This document shows, piece after piece, positions 58,147 through 64,000 of a stretch of DNA of 64,000 nt. Position 1 is the stretch's first letter. Each line of letters opens with the position of its first letter. Below the pieces are notes generated by a model. The model ran no database searches. It was not told the origin of the DNA and saw only the letters and a list, made by a program, of their open reading frames with translations. The position numbers and the translations under genes were made by a program. This DNA comes from the human T2T-CHM13v2.0 reference genome, Homo sapiens: the NCBI RefSeq assembly GCF_009914755.1, contig NC_060932.1, one strand, 5' to 3'.

Positions 58147-58986
58147 AACCAGCTAAAGGAAAAGAAATATTTTGAGAACACTGAAAATATGAAAAAAAGA
58201 ATGATAATCTTCTAAAAGCTATAAAATTGAATGAGGAAACTTTAACAAAAGAGGTATTTCACTACAATGAACAGCTTAGCATTTTGACAACTGAGAATAA
58301 AATGCTTGGTTTTAAACTGGGGGATATAAAGCACCACAAGGAAAGACTGGAAACAGAAATTCAATCATATAATTGTAGACTGGCCACTGCTGTATATTTT
58401 TGTGACCAAAGTGAGAAAGCAAAAAGAGACCTCTTTCCAGAGAATAAGACACAAATAGGTTCATTTACAGGAGAAAATGAAGTTTGATATGCCTACCCTA
58501 AAAGGTAACAGTGAGGTTCTTTCTGAACAACTCTCTAATGCTGACAGTAAAATTAACAGCCTAAAAATTAAGCTCCATCACACAAGATAAACACTCGGAG
58601 AAAAGACTTCAGTTTTAGAACATTTCCAAAGAGATCTATGCCAAACACAGACAGTGTCAAAAGAAAGAAATTGAACAAATGTGTCAAAATGAACAAAGCA
58701 GAGTAAATAAATATACTGGAGTGCAGAAACCTATGAAGACAGATTTTCTCAACTACAAAGTGAAAATAATTTGCTTTGGCAGCAACTGGATGATGCTGAC
58801 AAGAAAGCTGAGAGTCAAGAAAAGACAATCAGTACTATCCAAGAGCAATTCCATGCTGTTGTCAGAAATCTTCTAGCTGAGAGTATAAAGTCTTCTGCTG
58901 GAAGAGGAAAACGAGGAGATAATCAATGTACGTAATCCCTTGAAAGAAAGAATATATCAATGTGAAAAAGAGACAGTGGGAAAAAA
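58147..58986 (+). pseudogene. Large coiled-coil exon remnant of the ANKRD26/CCDC144 family, 5' part missing
   Basis: NQLKEKKYFEN...[28 protein letters not shown]...[11 protein letters not shown]...[16 protein letters not shown]...LKERIYQCEKE follows recalled ANKRD26 (QNEETLTQ..RLEAEVESY..QLQSENMLLRQQLDDA); frameshifts and stops; donor |gtaagt at 58987. Confidence 0.92.
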
Positions 58987-60340
58987 GTAAGTATTAACAA
59001 AGATATTTTTCAAACTTCCTGAAAGAAAATTTAAAGTAATATTTGGTTATGGTAAATGTTATATGTATTTGAATATAAAAATATGTAGACCATAAAATAT
59101 ATTTGCTGTACGGCCTAGAAACATACCAGCAAAAAAAGGTAGACCTGAAATTTGCCTTATTTTGAACAACGAAATTGTATCACCTTTGAAATTTTAAGAC
59201 TTTATTTTACAAATTTACTATATATAGACTAATAGTTCTAATGTGGACTTCTGCTGAAATAATTTTAATATCTCTCTGTGGACTAATTTTAAGACCATGA
59301 TGAGACAGATAAACAGAAATGCCTTTTACCTGAAATGAATTTTTTGAAATTAAGATTCAATCATGTGGGTTACTTTGACAGTTATTTCCAGATTTCCCAG
59401 GTGAACTGAAATATACTGCTGTATCTCATAGTACTTTTTTAAGGTAGCTTTTTATGTATTTATGTTGGTGTAGTTTTATTTTTATTTTTACTGATTTGAC
59501 TTAAATCTGAGACTTTAAGTCTCACATTATTGTTATGACCTCTCAATTATTTGAAGGCATTTACTTTTTATAAAATCATTATTTGGAACAGATGTGAATT
59601 TCCAGCAAAACCATATTTGATTTAGTCGTACCTCTGGTGTTTATAATTTTAATGTTCTTAAAAGTAATTTGCTCATGATTTTTATCTTATGGCTCAATGA
59701 CTGTCATTTGGCTATAACCTTGTCCAGTACAAAGATAATTGTGTTTGTCTGCAGTTGCTTTGTTTAGCATTGGGTTTTCATTTTAAAGCTAATGAGGGAT
59801 GGCAGAATTCACATACAGTTGGAATGGAATGAGTAGGGGAGAGAGTTATAGGAACTGAGGTAAGGGAGGGAGGTGGAGGCCAGGTTACCTAGGGCCTCCA
59901 AATGTCATTGGAATTTTACTTTTATTCTGAGGTAGAAATCTATTAGAAGGATCTGAGCAGGCAATTGAATATGTGAGGAGTGGGGAGGTTTATTTGAGGT
60001 TCTGATAAAAAAGAGGAAAGACATTTTACACTCCAGCATTTTCCACCACTAGTGCCACCCACATACCGAATTTTTGGGACTTCAGTAGGTTGTTAAGCAT
60101 TGTAAATGTATCAGGGGTTAATGAATAGTGGGCTGATTCTGTCATCTAGCAGAATACTCATTTGGAAGGAATATAACACCTGTGTCCTTAACTGAATTCA
60201 GTAATAAGAATGTATACACATGAGGAAAAGAAGGTGAATCCATGTATGTGGTGCTATTTTTCAAAGTATATGTTGAATGTTATGATCATGTTTTAATAAT
60301 AAGGTGATATATGAAATCAGTAACAAAAATATCTTAACAG

Positions 60341-60486
60341 GTAATTATGAGACAACTTCTACAAGAACCGGCTGATACCCTGAAAAAAAACCTGTCAGAG
60401 CCTTCCCTAGAGGCTACACCACATTGTCACATTAATTTAGAAGAGACACAAGATTCAAAGAAGGAATTAGGTAAAATCAGAGTCAA
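60341..60486 (+). pseudogene. Next ANKRD26-family exon
   Basis: ttaacag|GTAATT...; VIMRQLLQEPADTLKKNLSEPSLEATPHCHINLEETQDSKKELGKIR versus ANKRD26 VVVRQLQQELADTLKKQSMSEASLEV...; donor gtatgt; 146 bp, so frame-shifting. Confidence 0.9.
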
Positions 60487-61129
60487 GTATGTATGAAATG
60501 TAACATGTCAACAGTTAATCTGTAGGTGGTGGAGGAATATATAGTTTTAGGATGCTAATTGCAGTGGATAGATTTCTTTTGTATTTTCATTACAATTAAT
60601 TTTATTATCTTTATCATGCACTTATTTCTTCTGACTTTTCAGTCTGTCATGTTTTTCTCATAAGTATGTACATTTTAAAGATAATATTTACCCTTAAGAA
60701 AGCTGGGAATTATACATCATTCCTCACAGAAGTTGAGAGACTTTTTTTTGTGTGTGAAACAGTATTTTTCAGGGATTTCTCTGTTGCCATGTTGAGGCAA
60801 GCCAGATTACATCAGAGGATAATGTTCAATAGAATGTTCCAGAAAAGCATCTTATTGCTTATCTTACTTTCTTGGATGGGTGCAGAATCTTTGTATATTT
60901 ATTGCATGAATTTTAGGATAACTTGTACAGAAAGGCCATTATACTTTTCTCCAAAATGCAGATGTTTTAGGTTAATTTACAAAGTACTTGAAATGTTAAG
61001 CATTCCCTTCTTTTTTCTTTCATTTTAAGTATATTGTAAAAGCATGGAAATGCTCAGTTTGTGTAGAGTATATACATCCAAATTAGAGGATTAAGAAACG
61101 TATCTAGATCCTACCATTGGGATTTTAAA

Positions 61130-63325
61130 AGACAATTGTAGTGATGTATAATTTGAACACCATACAGTTCACATGGTCTCTTAGTATATTCACAGAGTTG
61201 TATAGCCATCACCATCACCAATTTTAGAATATTTTCATGATCCTAAAAAGAAACAGTGCATCATTTTGCTATTATCCACCAGTTTGCCCTTCCTCAGCTC
61301 TAGGGAACCACCAGCCTACTTTGTCTTTATAGAGTTGCCTATTCTGGACATTTCATATCAGTTGAACCACACAATATGTGGTGGTCTTTTGTGATTGGGT
61401 TCTTTCACATAGGATAAGGTTTTAAGGCTCATCTGTGTTGTAACATATATCAGTACTCAATTCCCTCTTATTGCTGAGTAATATTCCACTGTGTGGATAT
61501 ATCAGTCATTTTATTTACTCATTCCTCAGTTGTGGACCTTTGAATTGTTTCCATTCTTTGGCTATTAATCATGTCTGCTTTTATGTACAAGTTTTTGTGT
61601 TTTCATTTCTCTTGGGTGTATGCATACAAGTGGAATTGCTGGGTCATATTGTAACTCTATATGTAACATTTTGAGGAGCTGCCAGTCTGTTTTCCAGAGT
61701 GGCTGTATCATTTTACATTCCTATCAGAATTGTGTAAGGGTTCCAACTTCTCTATTTCTTTGCCAACATTTTTCACATTTTTGATTAAGAAAAGATTTCC
61801 TCTTAGTGGTGTGAAATGATACCTCATTCTGGTTCGATTTGCATTTCCATAATTCCCTATGATACCTCATTTTGGTTCGATTTGCATTTCCCTAATGACT
61901 AATTACTTTAATCATCTTTTTACGTGCTTCGGAGTGACTTGTGTATCTTCTTTGGAGAAATGTCTATTAAAATGCAGCCTATTTTTAAAAGTGGTTGCCT
62001 TTTTGTTTGTGAATCCATAAGATCCTTAACAGATATGATTCTCAAGTATTTTCTTTCACTCAATAGGCTTTTTTAAAACTTTCTTGATGATGTCTGTTCA
62101 CGTGCAGACATTTCAAATTTTGATAGTCATTAATCTTTTTTTGCAGTCACAAAGATTTATGTCTATGCTTTCTTCTAAAAATTTTATAGTTTTAGCTCTT
62201 ATATTTAGTGATTCTATTTTGAGTTAATTTTAGATACAGCATATGCCAGGAGTCTATTTTTATTCTTTTGCATGTAGATACCTAGTTTTCCCAGCACCAT
62301 TTGTGGAAAAGACTATTCTTTTAAATAAATTAATATTCTTTTTTAAGTGTTGTTCTTTTTGGCACCCTTGTTGAAAATCAATTGACCATAAATGTGAGTT
62401 TATTTTTGGATTCTCAATTCTAATATGTTGATTTATGTCTACTGTTATGCCATTACCAAAGCAAATTTTAGAATTGTTTTCCAATCGTGTTACTTATTAT
62501 TACCAATTGCCTAAAGTAAGAATAGAAATTCAAGTACTAGGTAGCCTTTAACTTCACTGTTTGCTTCTTGAAGGAACATGTGGTCAGCTTATATTATGGT
62601 AACTTCATGCTTAACCTTTTGAGGAGCTGCCAGTTTGTTTTCCAAAGTGGCTGCACCACTTTACATTTCCAGCAGCATTGTATAAGGGCTTTAATTTCTT
62701 TACATTTTTGCTAATATTTATATTTTCCTAATGACTAATTACATTAAGCATCGATTAATGTGCTTATATCCATCTTTTCTTCTTTGCAAAATTTCTATTC
62801 AAAATCTTTGCCCATTTTTAATTGGGTCATCTTTTTATTTATGAATTGAAAGGGTTCTTTATATATCCTAGATATAAGTCCCTTATCAGATATATGCTTT
62901 CCAAATATTTTCTTCTACTCGTTGACTTGACTTTTCACTTTCTTGACTGTTTTCTCACACACAGAATTTTTCAGTTTTGAAGTCCATTGAATCCATTTTT
63001 CCTTTGGAGTCAGAGCTAAGAAAACACTGCCAAATGTAGTTACAAAGACTTATGCCAATGTTTTCTTCTGAAAGTTTTAGAGTTTTAGCTGTTACAGTTA
63101 GCTGTTTTATTTTGAGTTAATTATTAAATATGGTATTTAGTGAGAGTCCAACTTTATTATGTTTTTGCATATGGATACCCAGTTGTCCCAGCACCATTTG
63201 TCTAAAAGACTATTCTTTTCCCATTTCATTGTTTTGTTAACCTTGTAAAAAATCAATTGACTGAATACGCAGGTTTATTTTTTAATGATCAGTTCTTTGT
63301 TTATGTCTATTCTTATGCCAGGGCC
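61130..63325 (-). mobile_element. Old L1M (L1MB/ME-type) 3' region, partly present twice
   Basis: Antisense 3'UTR and ORF2 tail (ttgcctattctggacatttcatat, ttcccagcaccatttg); the segment starting ttttgaggagctgccag occurs at ~61669 and ~62617. Confidence 0.85.
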
Positions 63326-64000
63326 AAATTGAATTTAATAAGTTTTTTTCAATCATGTTGCATATTACCAGTTGTCTTATGTCATAATAAATATTAAATA
63401 TAGTGGAACATCTTTAACTTCACCTTCTGCATCTCCAGAGAGTCTGTGGTCAGCTTATACTTTACTTATCCTAAGACATGATGAGAAGTCAGGCTTACAA
63501 GACACAATTCATTTCTTTTTTTTTCCTCCATTCAAGCCTTTAGTCTCTTATCCAGTGCCTCCCTCTATAGTTTCATTTTCAGTAAATTTTGGTCGCAGGA
63601 TCCGCTGACATAGCCTACTATTTAGTGCATTATGTCTTATTAACTCATTATAATTCATAGAATCATCCATAGATGCTTACCATCTAGAAAGGAGAAGTTT
63701 AAGTCTGAGCTGCCAGCTTTCCTCAGTGGAAGTCAAGTGAAGTTATCATCTTTCAATTCGCAGATCCTTTTTCCACCTGGTAGCTGGTTCTCTTGTGTAG
63801 CACTGTGGCTGATCCTTTTCTTGGTGCAGATCCTGCATTCTCAGAAACCACAGTTCCCTGTATTGACCTCGTTTTACTGAAACAGAGATGCACAGCTGTG
63901 CTTTGTAGCTTAGTAGAAGATTCTTGGAGTAAAAAGTTTAACTCATTGCAAGAAAAATATTTAGGAGTGCAGCGCTTAAAAATCTGGTAATGTTCAGGAA

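Noticed and set aside
58227-58487. 86-aa ORF as a functional ANKRD26-like gene
   Set aside because: A fragment between frameshifts in an exon lacking its acceptor; the start is a TTG codon.

Overview
Primate (human/great-ape-like) genomic DNA, very rich in repeats, with no intact protein-coding gene. From left to right: (1) the 3' part of a defective class-I ERV (HUERS-P3/LTR9-like; protease, RNase H, integrase and env remnants, RT core deleted) followed by an old L1M 5'UTR; (2) about 12 kb of AT-rich DNA with Alus and MIR/L2 debris; (3) a full-length minus-strand L1PA (18.1-24.3 kb) whose antisense ORF0 is still open; (4) a 20-kb spacer with MaLR, LTR15, MER elements and old L1M pieces, one of them with an inverted 5' half; (5) a full-length plus-strand L1PA (44.3-50.4 kb); (6) an unprocessed, rearranged ANKRD26/POTE-family pseudogene fragment (exons at 51.1, 58.1-59.0 and 60.3 kb) whose large coiled-coil exon directly follows a third, younger L1PA at a deletion junction. 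I found no novel multi-gene system. The most interesting signals are mosaic shared variants among the three neighbouring L1s (apparent gene conversion), three different states of the ZNF93-target segment, a reciprocal 22-bp duplication/deletion, an open ORF0 pointing toward the pseudo-exons, and several templated or ancient duplications. Subfamily names and consensus comparisons come from recalled sequences, not from a search.
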